A stretch of 64,000 bases of DNA from the human T2T-CHM13v2.0 reference genome, Homo sapiens (GCA_009914755.4 CP068257.2:36352001-36416000); one strand, 5' to 3'; counted from the stretch's first letter, positions 13,215 through 26,782 are shown. The notes: generated from the letters alone by a model not told the origin. A program made the numbers and translations.

Positions 13215-14533
13215 AAATGTGGAAACTCTTATCCTTAGATTCCACCTGGTTGCAAGAGGGGCCAAAGAAAGGCATCTTGGCGGCTAAGCAGGAGTCGAGG
13301 TGAAATCATTGATGGAACAGACTAAGCTATACTGATATTTAGACCCAAGTTCGTTAAACAACAACAAGATGCTTGCTTTTCAGCCCCACCTTTTGACTTC
13401 CTAAAATAAGAAAAGAATCCCTTTCCATTTTCCATTTCAAACCACAGTGAGTAATGGCATCTTTGAGCGCTGGGGCCTAGAGGAAATTCTATTTGTGGGA
13501 TAAATTAGGAATATTAAAGAACTCTCACCTCTGGGGTACTGAATCAAAATTTCAATTGTGTACTCAAGCTTAAAGCTTTAGACCTAGGCAAACCCCTCCC
13601 AACCCCGTCTTTGTCGTTTCCCCCTTGTGGGAAGTCTGGTCTGTGGTCGTTGTCTTTGAATCATGCAAATTAGGAGAGCATGTGTGAAGTCCTTTTATAA
13701 TTTAGATTCTGTGCATGTAGCTCATTGGCCATCAGGAAGGGTATCTCAATTCAGATGGTCACTTGGGAGGGGGGCTGGATGGAAAAGAGAAATTCTCAAT
13801 ATATGAAAATGGTTTGAAATAGTAATTTCCCTCAAAATTCTCTTTCTCTACTTGTATGTCTGTCCTCTACAATGGAGCAGACCCGTAATCCCCAATCACT
13901 CCCATAACTCACCTTCCTGGGGCTGTGGCATGTGCAGTGGTGTGTTGTTTATACAGCCTGTGTGTTTGTACTGTGCTGTCCCACATGGAGGCCTCCATCT
14001 GAATACAAGGGCTGTGAGCATTTAACCTGGCGCAGGGTATAGTACACCTGGCTCGTGGATTTTGAATAAAAGTCTCTCATCACTCTTTCTGATTTACACT
14101 TAGAAGCCATTTTTCTTAAGCCCTTTATGTTGCTAAATGCATTTCCTTACCCCTCTTCAGCCTGAACACCTTTGGGCAAACACATAATGTCCCTTTCTTC
14201 TACTCTTGGAAGGAGCTATGAATCAGAAGGAAGTGGGATTTCCTTCCCGGGTTAAACTACCAACATAGGTCACACTTATATGCTTGCTTGCCTCTGATTC
14301 TTAAGAACATCAAACTCATGCCTCACTGGGCTAATAAAAGTTTATTTTTCTTTACTTATGTGCCTCTTGGTGTATTTTTCTCTAGTGAGGTTTAGATCTG
14401 CACCTTGTATTCAATGAAAATATTATTATAGAAGAAATACTATTAAATAAGGTAATTTTAGATGATGTTATTAATATTAGAACAATTTTAGACTAATGTC
14501 AACTATCAGCTTGTAAAGTTTGAGCTTTTTTCT

Positions 14534-14806
14534 CTTTGTCCCCTCCTTCCTTTCCCTCTCTCCCCACCTCCTTTCCTTCCTTCCTTCCCCTTCCCTTCCT
14601 TTTCCTTCCTTCCTCCCTTCCTCCCTCCCTTCCTTCCTTTCCCAGCCCTTCCTTTTCCTTACTTCCTCCCTCCCTCCCTTCCTACCTTCCTTCCTTCCTT
14701 CCTCCCCCTCCCTCCTTTCCTTCCTTCCTTCCCTCCTTCCTTCCTTCTCTTCCCTCTCCTTCTTTCCCTCCTTCCTTCCTTCTTTCCTTCCTCCTTACCT
14801 TCCTCT
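14534..14806. repeat. (TTCC)n/(CCTT)n imperfect polypyrimidine microsatellite, about 270 bp
   Basis: visible directly; the top strand is almost entirely C/T; it explains the Pro/Ser/Leu-rich ORFs at 14520-14831. Confidence 0.95.
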
Positions 14807-14883
14807 AGATTTCTTTTTTAGAAAGAGTTAGAAATATATTTTACACAAAATATCAGACAACTCCAGGATCTTCTTTTGGTATT

Positions 14884-14971
14884 ATTTATCATTTTAGATA
14901 GAGGGGTATTGCCTGTCAAAGATTTGACAAAATCTTTGACAGGCAATACCCCTCTATCTAAAATGATAAAT
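14884..14971. repeat. perfect 88-bp palindrome (42-bp arms, 4-nt spacer 'gaca')
   Basis: 'atttatcattttagatagaggggtattgcctgtcaaagattt' + 'gaca' + its exact reverse complement; I checked this base by base. Confidence 0.95.
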
Positions 14972-15715
14972 GCCTAGATGCAGAAACAGATGCATGGAAT
15001 GCCATTGTATGACTTCACAACAGAATTAGTATGCTGGCTTCCTGACTTGATATTCCTGCCTTTGATTCTTCTTCCCTGTAGGTTGCCAAGTACTCAGCAG
15101 TACTGAACTCTCTAAATGACCAGTTTCATGAAAATCTCAAAGCTCCCTTCAGGGGAATCCTCACTGTAAAGGATGAAGTGGGAAGTCTTCCTTTCATCTA
15201 AGACTTGCAAAGATCTGACATCTTCCTGTCCAACCTTATGTTCCAGGATTGCTTTGTCTCGAAGCAAAGATGGGCTCAACATTGTTTTCAACCACCAGCT
15301 ACATTTTCTAACTCCAAACATTTACTTTCCCACCTCCTGGGATGCCTTTCTTCCTGTCCCACACAAATCCAACTCACCCCTGACGTTCAGCCCCAGTGCC
15401 CCATTTTCCAGAGAGCCTTTTCTCATAGCTTCAGTTCCCACTGACTCACTTTACTGACATTCCTTCAGTGTGTCTCACTTAAAATACCCCCAGGTATGGA
15501 ACTCAGAACTCATAAAACTTAGTGTCTACATTGACCTCGACCTGCCCTCACTATTCCACTGTCTTCGTCACCAAACTTTATTATGCCAGAAAACTTGTGC
15601 CCAGGAGATTAAACATTGCAAATAAGTCTATTTGCAGGATGTTCAGTAATTTCCTGAGAAAAATTAAATAAACATCAAACAGACTTAAAAATTTATTTAT
15701 TCATTCATTTATGTT

Positions 15716-15814
15716 TTAGAGAGGTGTTGCTCTGTTGCCTAGGTTGGCCTCAAACTCCTGGGCTCAAGCAATCCTCCTGCCTCAGCCTCCCAAGTAGCTG
15801 GGACTACAGGCGTG
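15716..15814 (-). mobile_element. Alu fragment
   Basis: 'ctcaaactcctgggctcaagcaatcctcctgcctcagcctcccaagtagctgggactacaggcgtgc'. Confidence 0.7.
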
Positions 15815-16918
15815 CCCCCCCTTGCCCAGTAAAACTGTTAAACATTTTAATAGATAGCATCAAACAAGTGTTTATGCTTTTGTGTCCACGAATTCTAGGC
15901 TATTATAAGATGATAATTTTCCCAGCCCTAATAAACACTTCTCTTCTTTAAAATGTTCACCTTCAAGCAAACCCTATACCTCGTAAATATCCCTTTCCTT
16001 TCCAAGACACTGCTCAGACTCTGTTGTGATGGTGGTCTTTCTTACCGGGGTGAGTAGTATACTCAGCTTGGTCTCACTAGTACATTGTTTTGGCGGTTTT
16101 ATTTTTTTTGAGGGTGTGGTGAGGATTCCACAAGTACAAAATAAATCTCTTTGTTGTGGTTACCTGAGTAAACAAGATGGACCTGGCACTCAAATTTGGC
16201 TTGGATGTCAAGTCTGATGAAGCTGCACCCCCCTGTAAAGAGGGTGTGATGAGGTTTATTACTCACATAATGAGGTTTCCTTGGAGAGTAGGGTGGGCTC
16301 CTAAGCAGGTCTGACAATGGCTTGAGAATGCAGAGACATGAGGCTGGCTGGACTTTTGTGGTGGTTAGTGGATGGGGCTGGGATGAGGGTTCCCATACTT
16401 GGGAACGTTCATAGACTAGAGCTCATGCAGTTTGAGCTACCCATAGGTGCAGAAGGAGGAAGCACTTGGGCTTTCTTAGTTTGTCCCAATGCGAGAAAAG
16501 GGGTAGAGGGAGGAGGGTCCTGAAAGCTGTTGTCAGTTAACAAATGGACTCAGACTCTGTATAACACCCCTAATCACCCCTCCCATTTACCCCCTCCTCC
16601 ACCCGTTCCCTGCAGCATCTCAAGAATCCCACGAATACTCTAACCACACATGCCAAGGGTATTGAGGGAATACAAGCATTAAAAGTTGTTATTGTCAATC
16701 AAGAAAAATGACCAGACAAGTGTCAATCATTTTAGGAGGTTTATTTGTCAAAGATAAGGATGCGCGCCTGGGAGACAGGTCTATGCCTTTCTCCGAAGAT
16801 AATTTTGAGGGCTGCAAATTTAAAGGGGAAAGGGCAGGATATTAAGAAGTACACAGTTTTCATGTAAGAGAGGGGTGGGGAAAAATAGTCATTCATGCTT
16901 TTGTCTGGCTTAGCGAAA

Positions 16919-17038
16919 CTGCATTTTTTTACATAAGATGATATAGACAAATGGAGCAGAGGAAAAATGCAGGGAATCTGCATTTTACATAAGATAACAT
17001 AGACAAAATGGGGCAGGGGAATAATCAGATATGCATTT
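16919..17038. repeat. tandem duplication, 2 x ~60 bp, inside an unclassified LTR-like repeat (about 16690-17290)
   Basis: 'gcattttt(tt)acataagat.a.atagacaaa.tgg.gcag.gga..aat...' occurs twice in tandem. Confidence 0.6.
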
Positions 17039-17699
17039 GTGTCTGGTGGACGGCAGGGGTGATGGCTGCACCTGTAAAGACAAGCTATCAATTGGCATTG
17101 CCATGGTGAAATTTTACAGAAGCACCTTAGAGTAAAGATTTTGCAGCTCACTAGGAATTTCCTTGAGGGCAAAAATATAGGGGAGGTGTGCAGCTTTTCA
17201 TCTTGTAGCCATCTTATTTAGGAAGCAAAAAGGGGGAGTCAGGTTTGTGTAACCCAGTTCCCAGCTTGACTTTTCTTTCAGGCTTAATGAATTTGGGGTC
17301 CCAAGATTTAATTTTCTTTCACATTATACTCAATGTTCATGAGAACTCCATACAAATATTAGTATGTAGTGCTAATTTTAAAAACAAAACAGTGAATTAT
17401 GCTTCAGTGGAAGACCCTAAGGTGAGCCCCATTGAACTATCTTCTGATCTCCATGCCCTTAGATGATCCTCTCTCTGTGAGTGACAGGAGGACCTACAAC
17501 TTCTTTCTAGCCAATAGAATAAGGCAAAGGTCAAGGTATTTTGCATAAGCAATTAAGATCTCAAATCAGTTGATTATAAAATTGGAAGGAAGGTTATTAT
17601 TGATGGGCTTGACCTAATTGGTGAAAACCCTTAAAAGAGGGGCTCAGCTCTCCCTGAGAGAGAGGGCAGCTCCTGTTGCTGGCTCTAAAGATAAGATGT

Positions 17700-18060
17700 C
17701 ATGTTGTGAGGGAGTATACGGGGAAGGCCATATGGCAGGGAACTCGGGGGCCACTGGGAGCTGAGATTGACTCCTGGCTGACACTCAGCAAGAAATTGGG
17801 GAGCTTAATCACAATCGCAAGAAGATAAAATTTGCCAACAACTTGGGTTGTTGGATTCTTCCTGGTCAAGCCTCCAGATGAGAACGCAGCCCAGCCAACA
17901 CCTTGATTTCAGCCCAAAAAGACACTAAGCAGGGAACTCAGCTAAGCCATGCCTGAAATCCTGACCCTCAGGAACTGTGAACTAATAAATGTATGTTGTT
18001 TAAAGCCATGAAGTTTGTAATAACTTGTTATGCAGTTGTAGATAACTAATACATATGCAT
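17700..18060 (-). mobile_element. MaLR-type LTR fragment (MLT1-like) in reverse
   Basis: 'ccctcaggaactgtgaactaataaatgtatgttgtttaaagccatgaagtttgtaataacttgttatgcagttgtagataactaataca' resembles the reverse-complemented MLT1 5' end. Confidence 0.35.
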
Positions 18061-18960
18061 TGAAGTAATAATTTATTCTCTCAAGATAAAGAATGGAAAG
18101 TTGCTATTTTAAATTGCTTTAAGAAGATAAGAATAAGGGAAGTTAGTGTACTTGGTGTACTTAAGTGTATATAAAAGAGTGTCCTTATTATTAAAACAAA
18201 ATGAATTGGGCTGCTGCTTTGGTACCTTGTGCATTTCACTTCATAAGAGATACAGTCTCTCCTGATCAGATTTTCCTTTGGTGCTCAAGTCCTCATTACC
18301 TTGCCTGCAAGGCAGGCAGATGGGAGAGTCTGGCCTTCCGACTTGGCTCACAGATGTCACAAATATTATCTCGATGTAATAAAAGACTCATTCCAATTAT
18401 ACACTGAGTATTGGATCCATTCCAGCCTCATGACTTTCCAAATTGTCTGTATCAGATCACAACTCCTAAGAACCATTTCCAGCTATATGGCACTATAAAA
18501 CATAACCTAAATTAACTTGGCCAATGGCTTCATACCCTCTAGATGGATATTGCTAGCAAATATTTGCACAAGTCATTACTACCCATTTTGTGTGTTTAGA
18601 CAGCGTATCTCTCATTTCTCCCTGTAATTAGCATTTTATATAAATGCAGCCTTTTCTCTGTTCTAGGGCACAGCCTTCCAAGCAGGGGCTCAGGCAGTCA
18701 TTTGTCTTGTACTTGTTTATGGGGTGGGTGACTTGCCTGAGGCTGCCCTCCAGGTTGCCTAAGGCAGTAAACATGTATCCTGGAATAAACCACAACTAAC
18801 ATTTTTCTTTCTCGTAAAATTCCCTCTAACTGCTTGGGGAAATCGTAAGTGCTTCCTCTTTCAGCTTTGTTTGTAGTTTGTAAGGACAACACCCTTATCA
18901 ACCTGCCTGGCACTATTGTGATGGCTGCCACATGAAAACATAGCTTAGAGCTTCCTTTGC

Positions 18961-19048
18961 CATCTATCTATGTATCTGTCTATGTATGTATGTATGTATG
19001 TATGTATGCATGCATGCGTGTGTGTGTGTATGTATGTATGTATGTATG

Positions 19049-19093
<45 letters not shown>

Positions 19094-19097
19094 GTCA
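18961..19097. repeat. compound tetranucleotide STR (TATC)n(TATG)n(TG)n(TATG)n(TATC)n
   Basis: visible directly, including a run of about 12 perfect 'tatc' units at 19050-19095. Confidence 0.95.
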
Positions 19098-19373
19098 TCT
19101 CCTTACTCATTTAACAGAATCATTTCTAGAGAAGGTATAGGGAAGAATACACGTTCAATAAAGTTACGAGTGATCCAAAGCCTTCTTTGTGAAAAAGCCT
19201 ATTTTGCAACAATTTATTCTCACTCCCTACTCTGTGTGAAGCTCTTTGGTATCTTTATTGGTTTGCTAGGGCTGCCATAACAAAATACCACAGACTGGGT
19301 AGCCTCAACGACAGATGTGTATTTTCTCAGGCTGGAGGCTGGGAGTCTGAGATCAAGATGTCATCAGAATTGA

Positions 19374-19768
<395 letters not shown>

Positions 19769-19824
19769 CTAATCTCCTCTTCTTATAAGGACACTAGACA
19801 GATTGGTTTATAGCCCACCCTTAT

Positions 19825-20200
19825 TGTTAGGCCTCTGAGCCCAAGCCTGCATGTATATATTCAGATGGCCTGAGCCAACTGAAGAACCACAAAAGAAGTG
19901 AAAATGGCTCATTCCTGCCTTAACTGATGGCATTACCTTGTGAAACTCCTTCTCCTGGACAATGAGTCTCAGAAGCTCCCCCACTGAGCACCTTGTGACC
20001 CCTGCCCTTGCCCGCCAGAGAACAACCCCCTCTGACTGTAATTTTGCACTACTTACCCAAATCCTATAAAACTGCCCCACCCCCATCTCCCTTTGCTGAC
20101 TCTCTTTTCGGACTCAGCCCGCCTGCACCCAGGTGGTTAAAAAGCTTTATTGCTCACACCAAGCCTGTTTGGTGGTCTCTTCACATGGATGGGCGTGACA
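19825..20200 (+). mobile_element. solo ERV1 LTR, LTR7-like (HERV-H family), nested in the MLT1
   Basis: 'tgttaggcctctgagcccaagc...cagatggcctga...aactgaagaa.cacaaaagaagtgaaaatgg...ccttaactgatg.cattaccttgtgaaa.tcct...ctcccccactgagcaccttg.gaccc...cccgccagagaacaa.cccc.t.tgactgtaatttt...cccaaatcctataaaac.gccccacccc.atctccct..gctgactctcttttcggactcagcccgcctgcacccaggtg...ttgctcacac.aagcctgtttggtggtctcttcaca.gga' matches the LTR7 consensus from memory; runs TG...CA; 5-bp TSD 'cttat' at 19820-19824 and 20201-20205. Confidence 0.7.
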
Positions 20201-20810
20201 CTTATGACCTCATTTCACCTTAATCACCTTGTTAAAGGTTCTATCTCCAAATACAGTCACATGCTGAGCTTCTGAAGGTTAGGACATCAACATTTTGGGC
20301 ATAATTTAGCCCATTGCAACATTCCCTCTGGGAATGCAACTTCACCAGTGCAATACAGATTGATGTGAAGACAGACGAGCCTCTGGAAATGTCTGAAAAG
20401 ATAGATGCAGAATTGGCCTCCAGACGCTACCAAAGTCTTCCTCAGACAATGAATCAAGGATGGCCCATGCCCATTCCCTAGAATTTTAATCAATGGAGAC
20501 AGAGCCAGTGCCAGTTTCCACAAAGACCCAAGGAGAGGCAATGGAAACTTGGAACTCAAGTTTTCCTCCAGGGCATTTCAGAGGTGGGTTAGTGGTCCAG
20601 AAGTTAGGAAGACCGTCACTCTCTCATGGTGGATGGAGTTCTCACAAGGAAATGTACACAGAACACAGGACCAAGACAGGGGCCAACCCTGTGCTCCAGC
20701 ACTTGTGCAGAGTCATGGAGTTGAGGCACCAGCCATTCAAGAGGCCATGGACAGAAACAACCAGACTACCAGAAAGTGGGGGAGCAAACATACTCTAGTG
20801 AGACATGGTA

Positions 20811-21175
20811 TTATATGCTGAAAATACAACCAAATAGAGTGTGGTTGTATTTGGAGATGGGACCTCTAAGGAAGTAATTAAGGTTAAGTGAGGTCATTGG
20901 GGTGGAGTCCTGATCCAATAGGAGTAGCGTATTTTTAAAAAATATGCCAGATCTCTTTCTCTTTCCATGTGCACACATTGGGGAGAGGTCTTGTGAGGAC
21001 ACAGCAAGAAGGTGGCTCTCTGCAAGCCACAAAGACAGCCCTCATCAGGAACCAAATTGGTCGGCACCTGGACCTTGGACTTCCCAGCCACCAGAACTGT
21101 GAGAGATAATGTCCATTGTTCAGGCCACGTCGTGTGTGGTACTTTGTTATGGCAGCAGGAGCAAACTAAAACACA
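20811..21175 (-). mobile_element. MLT1-class MaLR LTR (reverse)
   Basis: 'gtatttggagatgggacctctaaggaagtaattaaggttaagtgaggtcattggggtgg...gtgaggacacagcaagaaggtggc..ctgcaagcca...ccttggacttcccagccaccagaactgtgagagataa...ttgttatggcagc' equals the reverse complement of the MLT1 5' half. Confidence 0.55.
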
Positions 21176-21970
21176 CGGTGAGAGAACAACCCCACTGATA
21201 CCTGGGGAGGCTCACTGAGGAGTCCAGGTCAGCAGGCCTGGACCCTTGACCCTGGCAAGCCATGCCTCCCTCTCTGCAGTTAATAAGAAACTTCACTTTG
21301 CTTGATTAACAGGTAATTCTGGTGGTTTTTCTGGAGAGATGGCTGTTGATACACTCCAAAATTAGCTTCCAATGAAAAACTAAAGCCTCGAATCGCTTCT
21401 TGACTCTATTTTCTACCTGTACACTTTGGCAGAGTATGAGAAATCATGTAGGAAATATCAGAAATGCCAAGTACCTCTCCTCTTGGCTTCTTTGGCTCTG
21501 TTGCTGCAGACAGAGCAAAGGGCATCAGTTCATGCCATCAGGTGCCCCCTGATATCCTTAGACTTTCTGCATGTCCTACCCTTAGCCCCTCAGCATTTAT
21601 GCCTAGCACTGAAGTACTCAGCAGGTGGAGGCACCTGTTAGCACATGCTTACCATGGTTTGAGGGCAAGTCTGCTCTGCGAGAAGGTTTGGCCTGCCTGG
21701 GTCCCTGAGAGCTAATCTCAGAAAGTGAGGGTTAGCCAAATGGAGGCAGGGCAAAGCCCACTTTTTGTTTCCTTTGCTGTTCTCAGTGGCCTCAAAGGAG
21801 GTGTGAGTCTGCTAGCCATTGTGCACTCCCCTGACTCACCTCTGAGTTCTGGCCCCCTGTGACCTAGGACCCTCCTTAAGTCACAAACTGTCTTGGACAT
21901 CCACTTTCAGTGATGTTTTTCACAGAGATCAAATGATTTATTAATTCCATTAGCACTCATTAATTTAAAA

Positions 21971-22055
21971 GAGAAAGAGGAAGGAAGGAAGGAGAAAGAA
22001 AAGAAAGAAAGAAAGAAAGAAGAAAGGAAAGAAGAAAGGAAGGAGAACAAGAAGA
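21971..22055. repeat. (GAAA)n/(GGAA)n purine microsatellite
   Basis: visible directly. Confidence 0.9.
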
Positions 22056-22613
22056 TTCTCCCGTAATTTTATATGAATTAGGATGCTTTTTGGCTGTAGA
22101 TAAAAAATCCAACTAAATGTGTTTTCAACAAGTAAGGATATTTACTATCTCTGGTAGGAGAAGTTTGAAGAAAAGCGGTTCAGTGGATCAGAGATGCTTA
22201 CAAGGCTGGAGTTTAGCATCTTTCTCCTCTGTCAACCTCAGAGTGCCAGGAACATTGTCCCCCATGTCTGCCAGATGGCTGTCCTCAAATGACAGTGTCT
22301 GAAAGTAGGAAGGTGGCTGTGGGGACATAATCCCTCTTCCTCCCACCCCCCGATTTCTGGGTTCCTGTAAAAAGCCCCAGCCACCAAAGATTCTTCACAT
22401 ACCAGGAGAATCAGATCTGTAGCTTTGTGTTTAGTTAGTTGTTGTTTTCCAAGGGGATAGTAAAATTTCTCTTCTCTCTCCAAAGGGTCAAATAGTCACA
22501 ACCCAGAGTAGAAACCCAAGTTAAGCCCCCTAGGTGCTATGCTAGGAAAACCTAAAGGCTATCTTCCTGCATATTTACATTTCAAGGGAGACTGAAGCCA
22601 GAGACACTTGCAG

Positions 22614-23125
22614 GTCTTGGATTATAAATCATTCTACTATAAAGACACATACACACCTATGTTTATTGCAGCGCTGTTCACATTAGCAAAGACTTGGAAC
22701 CAACCCAAATGCCCATCAATGATAGACTGGTTAAAGAAAATGTGGCACATATACACCGTGGAATACTATGCAGCAATAAAAAAAAGATGAGCTCATGTCC
22801 TTTGCAGGGACATGGATGAAGCTGGAAACCATCATTCGCAGCAAACTAACACAGGAACAGAAAACCAAACACACTTATGTTCTCACTCATAAGTGGGAGT
22901 TGAACAATGGAAACACATGGACACAGAGAAGGGAACATCACACACCAGGACCTGTCGGGAGGTGGGGGGCTAGGGGAGGGATAGCATTAAGAGAAATACC
23001 TAATGTAGATGACAGGTTGATGGGTGCAGCAAACCACCATGGCATGTGTAGATGTATGTAACAAACCTGCACATTCTGCACATGTATCCCAGGACTTAAA
23101 GTATATATATATTTAAAAAACCTAA
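22614..23125 (+). mobile_element. L1 3' end (older L1PA-like), 5'-truncated
   Basis: 'acacctatgtttattgcagcgctgttcacattagcaaagacttggaaccaacccaaatgcccatcaatgatagactgg.taaagaaaatgtggcacatatacaccgtggaatactatgcagc...catcacacaccaggacctgtcgggaggtgggggg...ggatagcattaagagaaatacctaatgtagatgac...aacaaacctgcacattctgcacatgtatcccaggacttaaagtat' matches the L1 3' UTR. Confidence 0.8.
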
Positions 23126-23184
23126 AGAAATCTGAAAAAAATATAGACTTTAGTTAAAAATAATGTATTAATAAGGGGGACCAC

Positions 23185-23335
23185 TATACTCACACATACT
23201 CTCACATTTGTGCACACTGACACCCACTTCTACATTGTCACAGTCTCTCACACTCTTACTTCCACACCCTTACACATGCACATTCACACACACATCTCTC
23301 TCTCACACACACACACACATACACACACCCACACC
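23185..23335. repeat. CA/CT-rich low-complexity region
   Basis: visible directly ('cacacacacatctctctctcacacacacacacacatacacacaccc'). Confidence 0.7.
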
Positions 23336-24963
23336 TGGATAGATTTCTAGAAGAGAACAAAATTAACACCTCCCTGTTGTTGAAAATAAAATTCTATTCT
23401 GGCAGCCGAATATAAAATTTATTCACGGATATGAATTGTGTCTATCATCTCCCAAGACCTCTAGGTTTTGTTTTTCAGTCCTCACTGCTATTATTAAATC
23501 ATGTCTCCCACATGAAATTCATGGAGGTAGTTGGGTTTTTGAACTTCTGGGCAGGACATCCATCCTCTCCCTTCTCCCATCACCTTTAGCTGGCTTCTTC
23601 ATCTCTCCCCTGTGTTTAGACTCAAATTCATCTATTAAGTTAACAACTTCTTTTGTATTTCTAGCTGGTATTTATAACATCACATGCTGTAATGATTGTT
23701 CACCAGCTCTCCATGGGCTCATCTAGACAGAGCCCCGATCCACGTGAAAGTTGCAGATACCAGGATGAAATTGCTTGGTCAGACCCTGCCAAAATAGGAC
23801 AGGGAAGGCGTGAAGGAGAGGAGGCTTATGTGTCTGAGATAAATACTGCTTCTAAGGACTTGCTAAAAATCCCATAAGAAACCATTTCACGTCCTTCACG
23901 AATCTCTGGCCTTGACAAGGTTTACCACCAGACATTCTTTAGGACTGCAGTGATCCAGATGAGATGCTCTTGAAAGAACACTTGCCCAGTGACAGCATCT
24001 TTACCAATGAACTGACAACAACTGGCTTTGAGCCTCTGGACCAATGGACTCTGTTTCTAAGCAGCTTATGTGGACCTCTCTCTTTTGCTAATAAAATCTT
24101 CCCTTTGCCTTCCCTCACGGGAGGCACTGGCAGTTTACCATCCTATGCATTCTATGTTATAATCCTCATTTCTCACTCCCGCATAAACTCCATATATTTG
24201 GAGATAATTTTCTTCACTGTCTTTTTTTTTTCAGGCTGACACCCATGTGCTGAAAGAGGAAATAACGGATGTCAGTTTCAGGCCCAGGCCTCTAAGAGCT
24301 GGAGCCTCATCTTCTGGTTTCTCTCCCACAGTGACCGTGGATGCCTTTTCTCCCAAAAAGGGCAGCTCTCGAAGGCCTGAGTCCTGGTTTAACTAATACA
24401 ATTTCTCAATATTGAATAATTACGTGTCTCTATAGTCAAGTTCAAGAAAATGCTTTATATTGAGCCTCACTGCTTGTCAGCATATATCTCATCTTTTAAA
24501 ATTTATATAATGTGATTTTGTCTTAGTAGACTATTTTAAATTAACATTGATATTTAATATCAAAGGGTAGCATTTTCCTCTCAAAACTGAAAATATTTCT
24601 GGTAGAAGAGTTGAACAAATGTGATTTCTTAGATTTATTTTTGGATCACCTCCAATTAAATTTTACTTAACATTTTTGGCTGTCTATAAAAGTCATAAAT
24701 TACCAAAACTCTAGAATTAACTTCTTTCAGGTGCAATTATGATTCATCAGTAAAAATGCTTCATTTTAATGTTTCCTAGATTGCTTATCAACACATCAAA
24801 CATCCCATTGGTTTGAGATAATCTATTATTACGTCATGTATTGGGAAACTTGGGTAACAGGGTGATGATTTCCTATGTTCTCCAATCATTGGATGATATT
24901 CTTTCATCTAAAGAATTGCTCTTTACATAGTTTGAGGAAAAACCAGAAAGAAATGAAATAAAT

Positions 24964-25003
24964 ATTATATATATGTGTGTGTGTGTATATATATATATAT
25001 ATA
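24964..25003. repeat. (TA)n(TG)n(TA)n microsatellite
   Basis: visible directly. Confidence 0.9.
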
Positions 25004-26782
25004 AAATCCAAAGTTTTATCATAATATTTACTTGTGGGTTGTATATACACAGTCCTCTCTTTTATACACAGCTATCAAATATGATAATAAAACTGAATTT
25101 GCTGAATTGATTGGGTAGGATAAAAATATGAGAAAAATAAACAATGACTTCCATTGGTTGTCTTTGAATTTCTTCATTGTGCCATTATATTATGGCTGAA
25201 CATGGGTCTGGACTAGTATTTTGGAATATTCAACTTTGTATGCATACAGCAGAGAACTATATTTCTATCTTCCTGTGTTGGAGTGAATTAATAACCTTAT
25301 CAGGTAAAGTAAGAAAAAATGGAAACTTACTGAGTGTTTATTAATTACTCTGTATTTATGAGCTCAATTTTCTCCATTAAATCATTTGGCTCTGCAGTCA
25401 GTTTATCCCCATATTGGGTATTCTTGTTCCAAACCCTTCTGATGTTCTACCTACCCACCTGCCATTTATGGATTCTCCATGGCTGCTTTCCTGCTGCAAT
25501 GGCAGAGTTGATCCTACAGAGATCATCTTGTCTGCAAATCCTAAAATATTTACTATTTGGCTCTTAACATAAAATATTTGCCAACTCCTGGTTTAGATAA
25601 ACTTCATGAAGTCTGAAATGGAAATTGGTATTATTAGAGTAACTCTATGTCCTAGTTTTCATGAGATGACACGAAACCTCCCTTCACTTCCATGAATCTC
25701 AATCCAAAACAAATGATGTTACTTGCAATGGAATGTGTTGATCCCAATTCATTCAACTTTATTCACATTGAGCAAGGAGATATGTGTCTAATTACGATTG
25801 CGATGAATACCATGCAAACCGTCAAAAACATACAACAAAAATATCATCAGATAGTAGTGAATGTTTTAGATTTAATCCTGTGTCCATCTGGGACCAGAAC
25901 GGGGAGAAGGAACTTCAATGCACATTCTTGGAAACAGGTTTTGAATGTTGCTGAGTCATAAGGCAGGTCACTTCATTCTGCCTTTGCTGGAGAACAGAGG
26001 GCATTGCCAAGAAGCTCTCAGCAGCCTCCTTTACATCTCCCATACAAACTTAGCCTGATAAAAATGGCCCAATTCCCACATTTACACTCTACCACTTTTC
26101 AGCTTTCTTTTTCCCTATGAAATAAGAGCAATGATTTTTTTTGCTACTGCTTTAAAAATGATTCTTGTGAAAAACTCTAAAACAAAATAATTTTTCTTCC
26201 TTTTAATGTCATTTCTAAATTATGATCACTCACTTCATATTATTCTGGATATAAGTAAAGCGTATGAATTTAAAAAGGGGCCCGGAAAACCAGGAGAAGT
26301 TCCCGAGACTTTAGCCACCTTGATAGAAGGGACAGACAACTGGGTTCAGGAGGCCAGAGCTTGTCAAGCTGGAGGGAAATGACTTCCTTCTATCTTCTGC
26401 TGCCTGAGGAAACCCTGTGAGTACGGGCATGGAGTGCTGGGTTTAAGGAAAAACCAGCCTGAAGGGCACTGTCTGGGAAGGATGGGAAATAATACCTAAG
26501 GGTGGCTGGGGAACTCTAATCTTGGAAGTTATATCAAAAGAGGACAACAACCATCTGCCTTGGAAGTTTTAGGTGCAGGTTTTCTTCCAGTTGGGGAAGG
26601 GATTGGGGTGTGGGGGCACTTTCCCTCTGGTGGTTTTGTAGTAAACCTTTCCAAATGGACCCAACTACTTAGATGTATGGACCTATTAACAAGAAGGCGT
26701 AGATACTCTTCGGCTCATAACCAGTGGAAAGGCATGGTTCCTGTATTGGAAGCATCTACTACTGGAGTGAAATTAACTCCTA

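Noticed and set aside
14520-14831. 103-aa and 90-aa Pro/Ser/Leu/Phe-rich ORFs
   Set aside because: They are direct translations of the (TTCC)n microsatellite.
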